DNA from: Lama glama
Taxonomy: Eukaryota
Direction: 5' to 3'
Length of the DNA stretch: 63,707 nt
NCBI GenBank assembly: GCA_028534125.1
Contig: CM052828.1
Coordinates: 38,564,294 to 38,628,000 of the forward strand
The notes beneath the pieces were generated by a model, which saw nothing but the letters and a program-made list of their open reading frames with translations, was not told the origin of the DNA and did no database searches. Below are positions 1-12,733 of the stretch, piece after piece; the first letter of the stretch is position 1, and every line of letters starts with the position of its first letter. Made by a program: the position numbers and the translations under genes.

Positions 1-120
1 CTGAACACTGGAATTTGACACAACACTGTAAAATGATTATGAATCAATAAAAATGTAAAAAATAAATAAATAAAAAAAATAAAAAACAAAAACAAAAACA
101 AACAAACAAACAAAAACAAA
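1..120 (+). mobile_element. LINE-1 extreme 3' end and A-rich tail (element continues left of the window)
   Basis: ctgaacactggaatttgacacaacactgtaaaatgattat...aataaaa followed by an (A3-5 T/C)n tail; nearly identical to 346-403. Confidence 0.8.
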
Positions 121-418
121 GCATAAATCAGGACAGAAATAGACTCATAGACAGAGAATACAGACTTGTGGTTGCCAGGGGGGTGGAGGGTGGGAAGCGA
201 TAGACTGGGATTTCAAAATTGTAGAATAGATAAACAAGATTACACTGTATAGCACAGGGAAATATACACAAAATGTTATGATAACTCACAGAGAAAAAAT
301 GTGACAATAAGTGTGTATATGTCCATGAATGACTGAAAAATTGTGCTGAACACCGGAATTTGACACAACATTGTAAAATGATTATAAATCAACAAAAAAT
401 GTATTAAAAAAAAGAAAA
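121..418 (+). mobile_element. LINE-1 3' UTR fragment (artiodactyl/camelid type)
   Basis: gaaatagactcatagacagagaatacagacttgtggttgccagggg...ctgtatagcacaggga...acaacattgtaaa plus A tail; typical cetartiodactyl L1 3' end. Confidence 0.85.
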
Positions 419-1714
419 TTACAGAAATGTGGAATCTGTTGACTTTTCACTTTGGAGACCAAATACATTACCATCCACTTCCTGTTTGAGTTTGTAAATG
501 GCTGACAGACTCATATAGCCCCATCTCAGTAAAGCAAAAGCTGGTCTCCAGGGTAGACCATCCTGTCATTCTTACATACACCTTGTCAACCTTGAACATA
601 ATAAAGTAATACCCACCATTAGACAGCTAAGGAAAACAAAAGAGACTAACCTCACCTGAACCGCATCATGACAGAATTGTGAAAAAATACAGCCACCACT
701 TTACTGGATTTAAAGGGAAATTACATAGAGAACAGCACATTTCTTTTGGTCCACTCAAATAACATTTAACTCTACCAGACTTCCATTAGTAGTAAATGCC
801 CACTCTTTTCTAATGAAAGCACTTAGTTTGTAGAAAATATGTATCGGTGACTATAGGTCAAGACACTAACAAAATCTCAGGATTCAAAATACAACAATTT
901 AGAACTGGCTTTTTTAATCACAGACATCAGTGTTTTAAAAAATCCTAGAATATTCTTTAATAACAACCACTTTAAAAAAAAAGAGGCCTCTTAATTGTAT
1001 TTGTCTATAAATTTAATGTGATAATCCTACTTTTTAATTAAATAAAATTTTAATGATGATGATGTTTATCCATAGATATAGATAAATAATAATGAACTCC
1101 TTCTTCTAGAAACAAAATCAAGATAAAATGTACACTCATCAAGTATAAAATCTGATCATTTTTAGTTCAGCTTCACAAGCCTTAAAAATATCTGTTCTAG
1201 GTGACTAGATGATTACACATTCATTTCCCTCTTTCTTTCCAACCACCTACTTTGTAACATAAGCCAGACCCTCCACACCTGCAATCACATATATTAAAAG
1301 GCCAGTGGTTCAGTCATTTCAACCCCTCTCTATGTGTTTCCATCCACCTTTTCAACAATTATGAAATTAATGATCTATTCATCTCCAAGTCACTATCAAA
1401 GCACCCCATAAATCAGTGGATGTGCTTTTGATTCGATACATTACCCTTATTCCTTCTCTGCTAGACCTTAAAGAAGAAATTATTCAGATTAGGGAAAATT
1501 ATTTCCAGAAGAGAATCATCAAAGGGGTGTTTCATAGCCGTCAAAAATCTACATCAAATTTGTAAAACTTTTATTGTGAATTATTAATCAAGCACTATCA
1601 TTGCCAGATGCCATTAAAAAGTGGCAAAAATCTGTGTATATACACAGATGCATATATAGAATAACTTAAATCAAATGTAAATACATAACTATGAGCTATT
1701 ACAATAAATAGTTG

Positions 1715-2177
1715 TGTGCAATGTGTGTTTAATATTTTGGGTGGCTCAGAATCCACCTATTCTTTGTGGAGAATCACTTCTTCCCAGTGGTACTGTTTTA
1801 GTAGTACAGTAAGTCCAGTGCCTGCTTCCCACCAGGAACACCAAATAAACCAACTTTCTCCACACTCTCTCGGAAGAGTCAGAAGCCCAGGGGATCAGCT
1901 GCTGTCTTTTAGGATCTGCATCTTATGTGAGAGATGCTGGGGTGGCAGAAGCTGTGGAAATCTCATACTTTCCAGCTGTGGTGCCCTACATAATTGCTCT
2001 TTGTCTGGAAACATTCCCAGCCCTCTAGAGCAGCCTTATGTAATGACTGTTACCAAACCCTGTTCTCAGTTTTCCAGTCGATTTGCTGAACACTTGATCA
2101 GCTTCCAGGAGAGTCCCTTTTTAAACTGCCCAAAGTCAGTTTCTGTTGCCTACAACCCAAGGACTCTGACCACTACA
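1715..2177 (+). mobile_element. Old MaLR LTR (MLT1J/K-like)
   Basis: 3' terminus tcagtttctgttgcctacaacccaaggactctgaccactaca matches the MLT1 end pattern; 5' boundary approximate. Confidence 0.55.
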
Positions 2178-3104
2178 GTTACTTTTGAAATAAACACCGA
2201 GTAAGAACACACTTTAAATATATTATTTATATTTTGGGCAACTAGTTGGTACATATAGGTGGATGTATCCTGTTAATCAATGAGTAAAGAGGAACCAGAG
2301 AATTTGAATTTCCAGGCAGAAAGGCTGCCATGAGCTCTGTCTAGGGGAATGACAAGAGCTGAGAAAGCATCTTTTTAAAACACCCCCCACACACACACAA
2401 ACACAGTCACACATATACACCCTAGTGATATGTTCTGAAATTTCACTTGTACCTTCAAAAGAATACCAATTAAAACTGGCAATGGGGTTTTTCAGTGAAA
2501 ATTCCAATAGCAAAGAAGTGAGTCACCTCCCTGTGTTGAAAATTTTGTATTTTATGCAGCAGGTTTAAAGAACATTTCACCCAACTATTCAATATATGTG
2601 TAGTTTATTATACTCAAATGGCTGAGGATATTTCACTGTTCATCCTTTGTAATCTTTTTTAATAGCCACTAACTATCCTGGTTCCCCCACACCCCCCAGC
2701 AATGAAGGGATTTCTTCACTACGTTGATGCAGAGCATTAACTCCGTGTTGCAGAATTTAAGGTCTTCTCTTTCATAAACTTAAAATAACCTTTCTCTCCC
2801 TGTGCTGTAAGTCCAATTTAATTATTTCTCAGGAATCAGTAAAGGTACTATTTTGGTTTTTGCTTGCCTTTAATCCTTATCTGATTAAAGTACCACATGC
2901 TTAATTGGACTGGGTTTACCTCAATCTCCTCAATTCTAAATATCAAAGGCAACCGTGAAGCTGCTGGGGTGGTTTTAACAGGCTCCTTGGATTCAACAGA
3001 CTGTCCTGGGATAATCAGTAAATTGGCATAATCCACAAATGCCAGTTCTTCTCCTTCATGCTGCCTTGCGCTGCCAAGCCCCTCCCACCTCCACTAAGCA
3101 CAGG

Positions 3105-3123
3105 TCCCCTCTCTCTCTCTCTC
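3105..3123. repeat. (CT)n microsatellite
   Basis: ccctctctctctctctc seen directly. Confidence 0.85.
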
Positions 3124-3588
3124 ACAGTTCTAGCCGGCAAGGGAAGAGAGATACTTCTAGGAATGAGGAGGGTGTTTGAAACCTATTATCCTCCATTCTA
3201 ACAGGCTAGAATCTTTTTCAACCTTGCAGATCTTTGAAAGACTTCAAGTGCTATTTGATTGAAGCCCTACAGTATAGACAAGAAAGGGCTCACTAAAAAT
3301 TTCGGCATTTGAAAAGGAAATAGAAAAACATAGGCCCCTGTCAACACATATTTTTGAGGAAAGTGCAGGTATCACTGTGATGCTTTCACCAATGAGTGGC
3401 CTTTTAAGATGCTAGGAGAAATAGAGAAGGAAGGAGGGAGGGGGAAGAGAGAGAGGGAGTTGTCTCAGCTCCAAGAGGGAGCAACGTTACACCAAAATCA
3501 TCTTCCCACCAGCAGACATTTCCAGGGTCTCCATGAACACAAGGCACAGGTGCCTAACACAGGAGACGACATTTCAACATTACCCTAA

Positions 3589-4059
3589 GGGTTAGTTTCC
3601 TACAGGACTGTCATAACAAAGGGTAGCAAACTGAGTAGCTTAAAACTACAGANNNNNNNNNNNNNNNNNNNNNNNNNNNNNNNNNNNNNNNNNNNNNNNN
3701 NNNNNNNNNNNNNNNNNNNNNNNNNNNNNNNNNNNNNNNNNNNNNNNNNNNNNNNNNNNNNNNNNNNNNNNNNNNNNNNNNNNNNNNNGCCTTTCTTGGC
3801 TTGTGGATGCATCACTCCAATCTGTGCCTCCGTTGTCACATGGCACTCTCCTTGTGTGTCTCCGTGTCCCTGTGTATAAATTTGCCTCCTCTTGTGAGGA
3901 CACCAGTCATTGAATTCAGGCCCCGGCGTAATTGAGATGACCTCATCTGAACCTGATTACACTGGCAAAGGCTCTATTCCCAAATAAGGTCACATTCACA
4001 GGTACTCGGGGTTAGGACTTCAATATATCTTTTTGGGGGGACACAATCAGCCCACAGCA
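3589..4059 (-). mobile_element. MaLR LTR MLT1C-like, with N-run 3653-3788 inside
   Basis: ttagtttcct...taacaaa...gcatcactccaatct...ccaaataaggtcacattcacaggtact...gggggacacaatcagccca. Confidence 0.85.
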
Positions 4060-6809
4060 CCCACTATAATACAAAGTAGCCTTTTGCTACTGCCTAGCTA
4101 TTCCATATTCTTTGTATATTCAACCCTTTCTTAAACTGATTCTCAATCATTGTGGGTCTTGCATGTATGTGCTGCCATCTTTGAATTTAAATTTTATAGA
4201 GTAGAGGACAATTTGCTGTGAATAAGAAGTGAAGAACATAACCTGTCTGGATCCAAATAAAGACACTTGAACACACAAGAATTTTGTCTTGTGAGCAAGT
4301 GAGAGAAGGAATTCTAGGCAAGTAATAGCTCCATCAAGAGGGACACCACTGGGGCAAACCAGTGGCCAGTGTGAGAAGGCGGGAGGCTTTCCGGGACACC
4401 GCGAAGCATCATGGAGCAGTGACAGCAGCTGCACTGTGATCGATGCTTATCTGCGCTGTTCAGACAGCTCTTGCAGTGCACTGTCAGGCTCATATATTGG
4501 CAATATTAACCTTAGAAATAAAACACACAAAAGTTAAGAACCTCTGTTTTCATTGTTCAGTGTAGATCCAGTGCTACAACTCCAGCACCTTTTCCACTGA
4601 ATAATCCTAATGTACTGGGGGCTTAACTCAGTGCATTGCCTAAAGATGAGAATGTCAGACCTGTAAAGAAAGTGATTTGGGGTAGCAGAGAACTTTTTCA
4701 AGTTTGCCCAGTGATTTGTTCCATCTATATAGGAAAATGAACCTCACTCAGGGCTCGGATAAAGTCACCCAATGTCACTGGGAAAAAAAAAATACCGATC
4801 TAAAGAATAAGAAACTCAAGAATAAATCTGTAGCTTCTGGAGAGCACTGAGAAGGCTTGGCCCAGGCTTTAACCCGCAGCAAGCAACTTCAGTGAAAGGA
4901 AGCTCTCCTTAGTGTTAATGTTATTCACTGTTACCTCCAAAGCAAGAATCATGTCTATAAATCTTTCTCTAGAATCAAGAAGGGCGATCTGCACATAACA
5001 GGCCCTCAGCAATAGTCTTTAATGAGCTAATTTCCTCTGATGCAGGAAGGCAGCTGACCCCTGGTCATGGGGATTGGTGGGAGGCAGTGGTTCGTACATA
5101 GCACGTGGGTCTGTGAGAGAAGCTAGATTCCAACTCAGTAGTAGCCTGGACTTCCCAAACCCCCTCTGCGGCATATGTGGTGTCACTCCTCACCACAACC
5201 AGAACCTTTATTCACAATTAAGCCATCTCCAGTTCCCACTTATGTAATTAAAGGCAAACGATGTGGCCTTCCCAGCAAAGCTGTCCTGAAGGTCAAACAC
5301 CACAGCAGATGTGAAGTGATACACAAACATACAGGGATGCGGCTATTGTCATTGTTATCATCACAAAAGCCATCGTCTGTCATCTGTGCTAACAGTACTC
5401 TCATGGTTTGGATTCTTTCCCTTTATCTGGTCAGATATACTGTGTCACATTCTTTCCCTGCAGAAACCATGACCATGAAGTAAAATACTATTATTAAGAC
5501 AAGTAGCCTTTTATTACATATTACATAAAGACAAATATACTGCACAGAGGCAAATACTTTTATTATCGAATTGACTGTTTCTTAGAAACACGCCCAGAAA
5601 TGACTCATGTCTTAGAAACTATGATAATAAAGCCTTTTGTTTCATGCAAGACAAGACTATAATCACACACAAGTCAGACTAGCAGGTGATAAGTCCCATT
5701 TCACTTTCTCAAATTGTTCCAACCATGAGTAGACCCATAAGCAGCCTTTGACATGAAAAACAGGAATTGGGAGGAGAAGGCAGAGCAAGAGCTGAAAAGT
5801 AGCTTGAAGTTAAGCTTTGGCGTAGCCGGAGGAAATGTAGTTCAGTTACACCATACGTACATAAATAATTGGCCTGATTATGTTCACGTTTGAAAGAAGG
5901 TTAGAGGTGTCACCAGGAGAGCTGCTTTCTCCCTCGGGCAAAGCCAAGTCCTCCCCTTTGTAGGCTCTGCTGTTTCATGTTATTAGCACACACGAGTGAA
6001 TTCACCTCTTGAGGATTTAAGCTCATGGGAGGTTGAGGGATAAACTAAAAAGCCCGAGTGTGTGTTTACACAGAGCTTTGTAGCATTTAGGATCTTCACT
6101 CATGTCTCCTCCGGCCGCCCTAGCCTCTCCAATCATGAATGCAACACGGAACACAGACTGAAAGAAGTTCGCATTGTGAACCTAGCCTCGGACCTAGTTG
6201 GAGGATTCAGACTGTACGACTTTCCGTCCATTCATCCCCACAGCAGGAACACACCTGTCTCTAGGACTCGATGCACCAAGTCGGGGGAGATGGGAGCCTT
6301 CTGCCTTCCCACCAGGGAGCCTGAGTGAACAGTGCCAACACCAGTCTCTCTGTCTCCTGATTTCCTGCGTCCCACACTCACCTGTCCTTCCCTCCCCCAC
6401 TGAAACCTGGATGGCATATTCTTTCTCATTCTTCATCAAGTTGATCAGTCAAACAAGGTTCTTGAGTCTCATGTTGATTGTACATGAAAATGTTTTATTT
6501 CTAAGGTTAATATTGCCAATATATGATCTCTAGGACCATGTGATATTTTTATTCAAGTTGTCACCTCTGCTTATAAGAACTAGTATTACTTTTCCTTAAA
6601 GAAGAATATATTGGCCTGGTTTTGATGCAAGTGTTACTCATTTGATGGTCACACCTGCAAATCCTTAGGTATTCAACTTCCTTCAAAGAGATAAATACTC
6701 TGTTTATTAAAATGACTTCATACGCACAAATTCCTTGCCAAAGGATGTCTGAAATGGCAGATTGTGAACTAATACTTGGTACCTGAGGCACAAGGAGGTT
6801 GTTGAAGTA

Positions 6810-6976
6810 ACAGCAGACTGAGATTCAGGACGCCTGGTTCTTGACCTTGCTCAGCCACTAAAGCTCTGGGACGCCTTTCTCTTTTTCACACTTTCAGCCT
6901 CAGCTCCAATCTGAAAAGTGAGAGAGAAAGGAGATCATTTCCAGGGTTCCTTTCAGCTCTAAATTCTTATGATTCT
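6810..6976 (+). mobile_element. MIR/MIR3 SINE
   Basis: cctggttcttgaccttgctcagccacta...agcctcagctcc...ggttcctttcagctctaaattcttatgattct (MIR3-like tail). Confidence 0.6.
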
Positions 6977-7099
6977 GGACTTGAGTTGACATGCCATATG
7001 ACTGAAACACATGGTAGGATGGGGGAAGGAGAAGAGCTACCAGTGACTGAATCTTTGTCAAGTTCCAGGCGATTTGCACTAACCATCTCATCTGGTCGC

Positions 7100-7186
7100 T
7101 AAAACCACCCAGTGAGTAGGTTCTATCATTGTTGGCAGTTCACAGATAAAGAAACTGGGGTCCAGAGATGTTAAGCAATTTACCTG
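7100..7186 (-). mobile_element. MIR SINE core, interrupted by an MLT1 LTR
   Basis: acagataaagaaactggggtccagagatgttaagcaattta is the antisense MIR core. Confidence 0.7.
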
Positions 7187-7608
7187 ATGTTATGGACTGA
7201 ACGTGTGTGTCCCCTAAGATTCATATGTTAAAGCTCTAACCCTCAATGTGATGGTCTTGAAGGTGGCACAATAGAGAGATGATTAAGTTTAGATGAGGTC
7301 CTGGGGGTGAGATCACTGCCCATTCTCATGACAGGATCAGCATCCTTATAAAAAGAGACCAAAGAGAGAATCTCTCTGCCCATGTCTATCCCCTTCTTCC
7401 TCTCCCTCCCTTTCTCTCTCTGCCATGTGTGGACCTAGCATAACAAGAAGGCAGCTGTCTGCAAGCCAAGCATTGAGCCCTTACCAGGAACCAAATCAAC
7501 CAGCACCTTGACCTTAGACATCCAGCCTCCAGAACTGTAAGTAAAAAACCTCTATTGTTTAAGCCACCCAGTCTGTGGGATTTTATTATAGCAAGCCGAG
7601 CTAAGACA
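7187..7608 (+). mobile_element. MaLR LTR MLT1A/B-like (full solo LTR)
   Basis: Starts tgttatggactgaacgtgtgtgtccc, contains ccagcctccagaactgt, ends ttatagcaagccgagctaagaca (TG...CA). Confidence 0.9.
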
Positions 7609-9633
7609 CCCAATGCCCTAAAGTTAGTGCCGTGTCCAAACCCTGTGCTAAAAATCGAGGCCAAGTGAAACTACAGAAACGTCTGAAGACATTGTACCCA
7701 GGGCAGTCTGCTGAATGCCAGCAGCCCCATTCTCAGGTGCTGCTACTCTGAAGGCAGGATTAGAAATTAATTGGTGTCAGTGCCACCCCTACCCCAGAAT
7801 GCACAGCAAATGACCTAGCTAGTCTGATTGGAAGGACAGACATCTGGAGGTAACCTCGTTCCGAAGTATCTCCCAGGCCCAGGAGCCAGCAAGTGGTGGC
7901 CTGCTAAGCCACCATCAGAAGTCCATCCTTCTGAAACAAACATTGCTCTCTCCCTGAGGCTCTCAAACTGCAGACTCCACCGGGTTGGCAGGCAGAAGCT
8001 CATTGCTTCAAGCTGGCCTATTAGGTGCCATCAGCAAGGCAAGAGAGCTGCAGATGCCGAGAGAGAGAGGGTGGGGATTGGGAGGAGAGAACTGACAAGA
8101 GGGAGGAAAGAGAAGGAGGGGAGGGCAGATGAAGGCAACCACCCACTTCCCCCTTTGCTGGGACCAATCCAGAGTGGAGGATTCTGCTCCAGGCTTGAGC
8201 CGGGATGCTAACGCCATCATTTATAGCTCACAGACTCCCAACCAGCCAGCACCACTCACATGGGAAGGGTACCGGAAGAAGCAGGGAGCCATGATGGTGG
8301 GGACACAAGCCATGGTGGCAGCTTGTTCAGAGTAGATTCTGTTCTGCTTTAATGGCATCTGTTCCTAAGTTAGGGTTGAGGCTTCCAGATCTGCTGACTC
8401 TGCTCCTCTCAAATCCCAGTCGGTCGTCGCCTCAGCACCTGGACCCCTCAGCCCTCGGGCATGCTGCCTTGAGCTCAGGCAGAAAATGGAATTTCCCCTT
8501 CCTGCCTCATTAAAGGAACCATCTAAGTTCACTTCTCTAACAAAAGCGATTTGGGCTGAATTTAGTCTTAAGCAGTAATGAGCAAAGGCATCAAGTTCCG
8601 TGATCCCTCCTACATCTGTGACAAATGCACTGGAGTAAGAAAGAAATCTCTACACACATCCTTACTGCCTTGGGGAACATGCGGCTCCATCTGCCTCTTC
8701 ACATGCTAAGGGCTACGGTGGCAATCATTTCTAAGAAACCATTTTTAGAAGTTTTTTACTTTGCACCTTTACCTCCATTGAACATATCACCGGGCATCAG
8801 GCAGAGAATACCGTGGGTCACAAAATCTCACTGTCTTTAGACATATCTATATTCAAGAAAGCAAGCCATTCGGAGGTTTCATCTAGACTATCCAGATAAT
8901 GAAGATGCCACATTAATGAGATGTTTCTCATAATATCTCTGAATCCATTCTTCCATCTCCCACGTGTTGACCCAGCTTTCATTTCATCCTCTTCACCCCC
9001 ATCTCAGCCATTCCATTTGTTGTTGAAGGGCAGACAGTGAGGAGGAAAGTGTGAGAGTGAGATCATAGGTTTCACCAAACCTCACTGCCCCAAAACACAA
9101 TGAGCCACTCTTGGCAGCCAGGCCAGTCCGACAGGAAGGCTGTCGGCCAAGGAACAGCGCCAAGCCTTAGCTAAGCACTCAAGTGTTGAAAGGTTTCATG
9201 CGAAAATCCTGAAGCCCAGCAGTGGAATTTTCAGGGACTGGAGCCCCCTGACTCCTGGCCTGTAAATCGTGTTTGTGGGATGGTTTCTGGCTCCCAGCAA
9301 CCGGGTCCCACTTTCCATCAGGCAAATAGAAATGAGCGCAGACTTTCCACTGCCCCATTCTCCCCACCCTCCCAGGGTGACCGAGGGTTTGCAACTGGCT
9401 CTGACTCCTTTCACTTCCTGCCCGAGCGCCAGAGCTCAGCACCCTCTGCTCCACACAGAAGGCGGCTGGCAAACAGCCAGGCTCTGGGTGGTCAGGGGAG
9501 CAGAGACACAAGCAGAGCCCTGCTCCTGTGCACCAGGAATGGGGGCCACCGTGGGGATTTTGCAGGAGGTTCTCAATGCCCTTAGGGTTCAAGGTCCAGG
9601 CATCTCAACAGAGAGGAACCTCTGTCCACCTTC

Positions 9634-9732
9634 ATCATTTACTGATGGAAAAAATAACTTGGAGCGGTGGTGAGAATCCACTATTACACAAAGGCAGAGC
9701 CAGGGCTAGAATTCAGGTCTCAGATGACTCTC
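9634..9732 (-). mobile_element. MIR fragment
   Basis: catttactgatgga...ggcagagccagggctagaattcaggtctc. Confidence 0.55.
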
Positions 9733-10499
9733 CATCTCCTCCTCCTTGAGATCTCCTTGTGTAAGGTACAGGGAGAGACAGGAAGCAGAGGATCCTAGAG
9801 TGGAAAGTTTGAGAGTGTCCAGCAGTGAGTTTTTTTGAATCAGAAATTGTGCAGCTTTCACCTGTTCTGTCCACAGTCCTCATGAGGCACCTGGTTGGCG
9901 ACCCCAAAGACCCGTCCTCATCCCATCTTGCCAGCTCTGGGTCAGGGGAGCAGCAACAGAACTCAGCTTAGTCCCCAGGTGCAGAGAAAGAGCTGCCTGC
10001 ATCCCAGGGCCTCTTTCTTGTAGGCTGGGCAGCCTGCAGCTACCCTGGAAACATGTGGAAACTTAGAAAAGGGAAGCTGTGGTTCCGCGTTGACAGACAA
10101 AATGCAGAGACCGAGGGTGGAGGGCCTGCAGCTGCAAGGTCCCTGCCCTCCCATCTCCACAGGCTCTGCTCAAAGGCAAATGTGAAAGGAGGTGAATTTC
10201 CCTGCCTGGGGCAGAAACTGCCCCATTCGTTTATTTTAAAGCAGGGCTTTCAGAGTCTAAAAATAAAAAAACACAGTTTCATCTTCTTTAGGTTGTAGAC
10301 CTACGTGTAGAACAACACCTAGATTGTAAGCCGGGGGCCACGCCAGCTTTACGAAACACATATTCATGGTGAAGTCCAAGCCTCTGGGAATTTTCATGCT
10401 GGGCCTCCAGATGTTGCTACTTGTCCCTTCTTAGGTACCAAGATAACAGTAATCACTCTTTGAGGTCCATGCCACGGACTTCAAATACATCAGGCAAGG

Positions 10500-10645
10500 T
10501 ACATATGCTTATTCCCATTTCACTGATGAATGAAATGAGGTTGAGAATTTCTGGTTTCGTGATTTGCCCCAGGTCGTACAGCTGGCAGGTAACCGGGCTG
10601 TGGTTCAAAACCAGTCCCGGAGCCTGGAATCTGAGTTCTTTCCAC
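10500..10645 (-). mobile_element. MIR fragment
   Basis: attcccatttcactgatgaatgaaatgagg...ttgccccaggtcgtacagct. Confidence 0.65.
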
Positions 10646-12612
10646 GGTGCTGCTCCCTCCCCCCATCACAGGTACAGCTGGTCAAAGCTCACTTAACCAA
10701 CTCAATCCTACTCTCCTTGAAGCTGAGCACGTGGAAACCTGAGGCCCCCACACTCTTTTGGACCCTCAAGACTCAGCGAAGGTGAACTTTTTTCTCACTG
10801 TGCCCCTGAATACTAACCAGAGAAAGGCAAACCACCTCCCTTTCTCTGAGCTATCTTAAAGTTCTTCCAAGATGCCAGTCAGGGATCCACTTTTTAAGTG
10901 TGCTCCCCAAGCTGGCTGCTAGCAGGCTGCTTTCATTTTTCAGTAATAACTCTCAATTTGGGCTCTCCCAGTGTGTTTACCTTAGGTTATAATCCTAGAC
11001 AGAAGGAATCTAGACTGTTTAATTTTTGATTCAGTATCAACTAGAAAATCACCTAGAATTGGGTGTTTAATAAATGTTTGATCTCTAAATGGAAACAGTG
11101 ATGTTGGTGCTCATAATTGATGATGGATAAAAGCCCGGGAGGCTCTGTTCTGAGAAAGCATCCAGAGCGCTTCACCGAAAGTCTCTCCAGAGATCTCCCA
11201 ACAAGCTGCAGTAGGGGACTCGGTGGACACAGGAAGCAGTCTCTGTGAGCTGGTTTTCTCTGGCGGTACCAGATAACGGTGAGCATCTCCTCTCTCCCAG
11301 GGCACTGACTAAGGGGCAGGAGAGGCTCAGAGGCTGCAGGAGGCAACTGCTCCAGGAAGAGCGACTGTTAGCACACAGAAGCATCACCTGCTCCCACAAC
11401 AGGGAACCAACCATCTCTGAGTCACCAAGCTCAGAGCCAAACTGACAGGCTGGGGAAAGAAAGCAACAAAACATTCACATCCATTGGTGGGTGGACTGGT
11501 TTCCCTGATAACATGCTGAGCATGACTCAAAGAGGGGAAGCCGGAGCAGAGAGCCAGTCCCCCTGGTGAGCCAGCAGCATGTCGGGGTCTTCTCCAAGAA
11601 GGCTCTGCATCTCCATGGTCAAGCCCACGGAGCAGAGGCGGTGCCATAGCACAGAGCCTCACTCACAAACAGCAACGGCCATAGCTGTGGCCTGAGTGTA
11701 AAACAAGGACAGAAATCAGAGAGATTTAAAATTATGGGGACACTGTCATGCCAGGATGAGACTTCCTCCAGAAGGCACTGAGATCCAGGCTGGGAATATC
11801 TTTTAAATATCTTTTTTAATGCTCCAAAGCTGTTCCCTCAGGTTTTCTACTTCAGTCAAAAATTACCTTAGCTTCCAAAGCAATTAGACTTAAGTGATTG
11901 TAAATAAAGAAGACAAATAGCTTACATTATGCACTGAGTCAACATATCACACAATCCAGACGGAGCCATTGCCCTGATTCCATCTTGCATTTAGGACATT
12001 TGTTTTTTATTGCATTCATGGTTTGCTTTCAGGGAGAATAAATAAGGCTTTGAAGGACTAGCAAAGGAAATTTATAAATTGGAAGTCTTTTACTTTTAAA
12101 ATAAGTTTACACCCATAAGCAATCGTATTTGAATGGCTTGCGATCTTTTAAGAATAGGTACGTATTTTGGAAATGAAATCTTCTTTAATATGAACACTTT
12201 CTGGCTTAGTCTAGAAACAGGACACAGAAATTAACCGACAGATTCATATTTCAACCATCTCTTACCAGTTTTGTTATTTTATTCCATACCTCATATTGAT
12301 GAGAGCTGGAAAGGAAATAAAATGTACTTTGACTCATATATCCTCATTCTGCTTTAATTGTGGAGTTTAATTGTAAAGATGACACACTATGGTGAATAGA
12401 TTTTATTGAAATTCAGAAAGAAAATGTTGTGTGAGTTATGAGCTGTATGGGATGGGGGCACTGAAAGATGCATGACAGTTAAACTCAGAAATACTCATCA
12501 TTTTCTGTATATGGCATCACAACACATAAATAACACTCATGTCATTCATTGCATCTGCTTAAATAAATGGCCTTGGCTTATAATAAATATTGAATGTTGT
12601 CTTTTTTATTAG

Positions 12613-12733
12613 AGTAAGCATTAGTAATGATACCACTGTCTCTGCACTCGAGGTCAGCTGGAAATATGAGCGTGCCAGTTTCCAAGATGATGAACTCGGA
12701 GAGTTCCTTCTCTCTGACATCCACATGCAAATA
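12613..12733 (+). CDS. Candidate internal coding exon (121 nt, phase 2 to phase 0) of an unidentified gene or pseudogene: x-VSISNDTTVSALEVSWKYERASFQDDELGEFLLSDIHMQI
   Basis: Acceptor gttgtcttttttattag|A, donor ATA|gtgagc; only one frame is open (40 codons), protein-like composition, CpGs retained, non-repetitive; no homology search possible. Confidence 0.45.

Noticed and set aside
1716-2204. Longest ORF in the track (162 aa)
   Set aside because: Coincides with an old MLT1 LTR, non-ATG start, no protein-like features.
9179-9749. Cluster of overlapping ORFs on both strands
   Set aside because: GC-richer non-coding sequence with few stops; no splice structure or recognisable domain.
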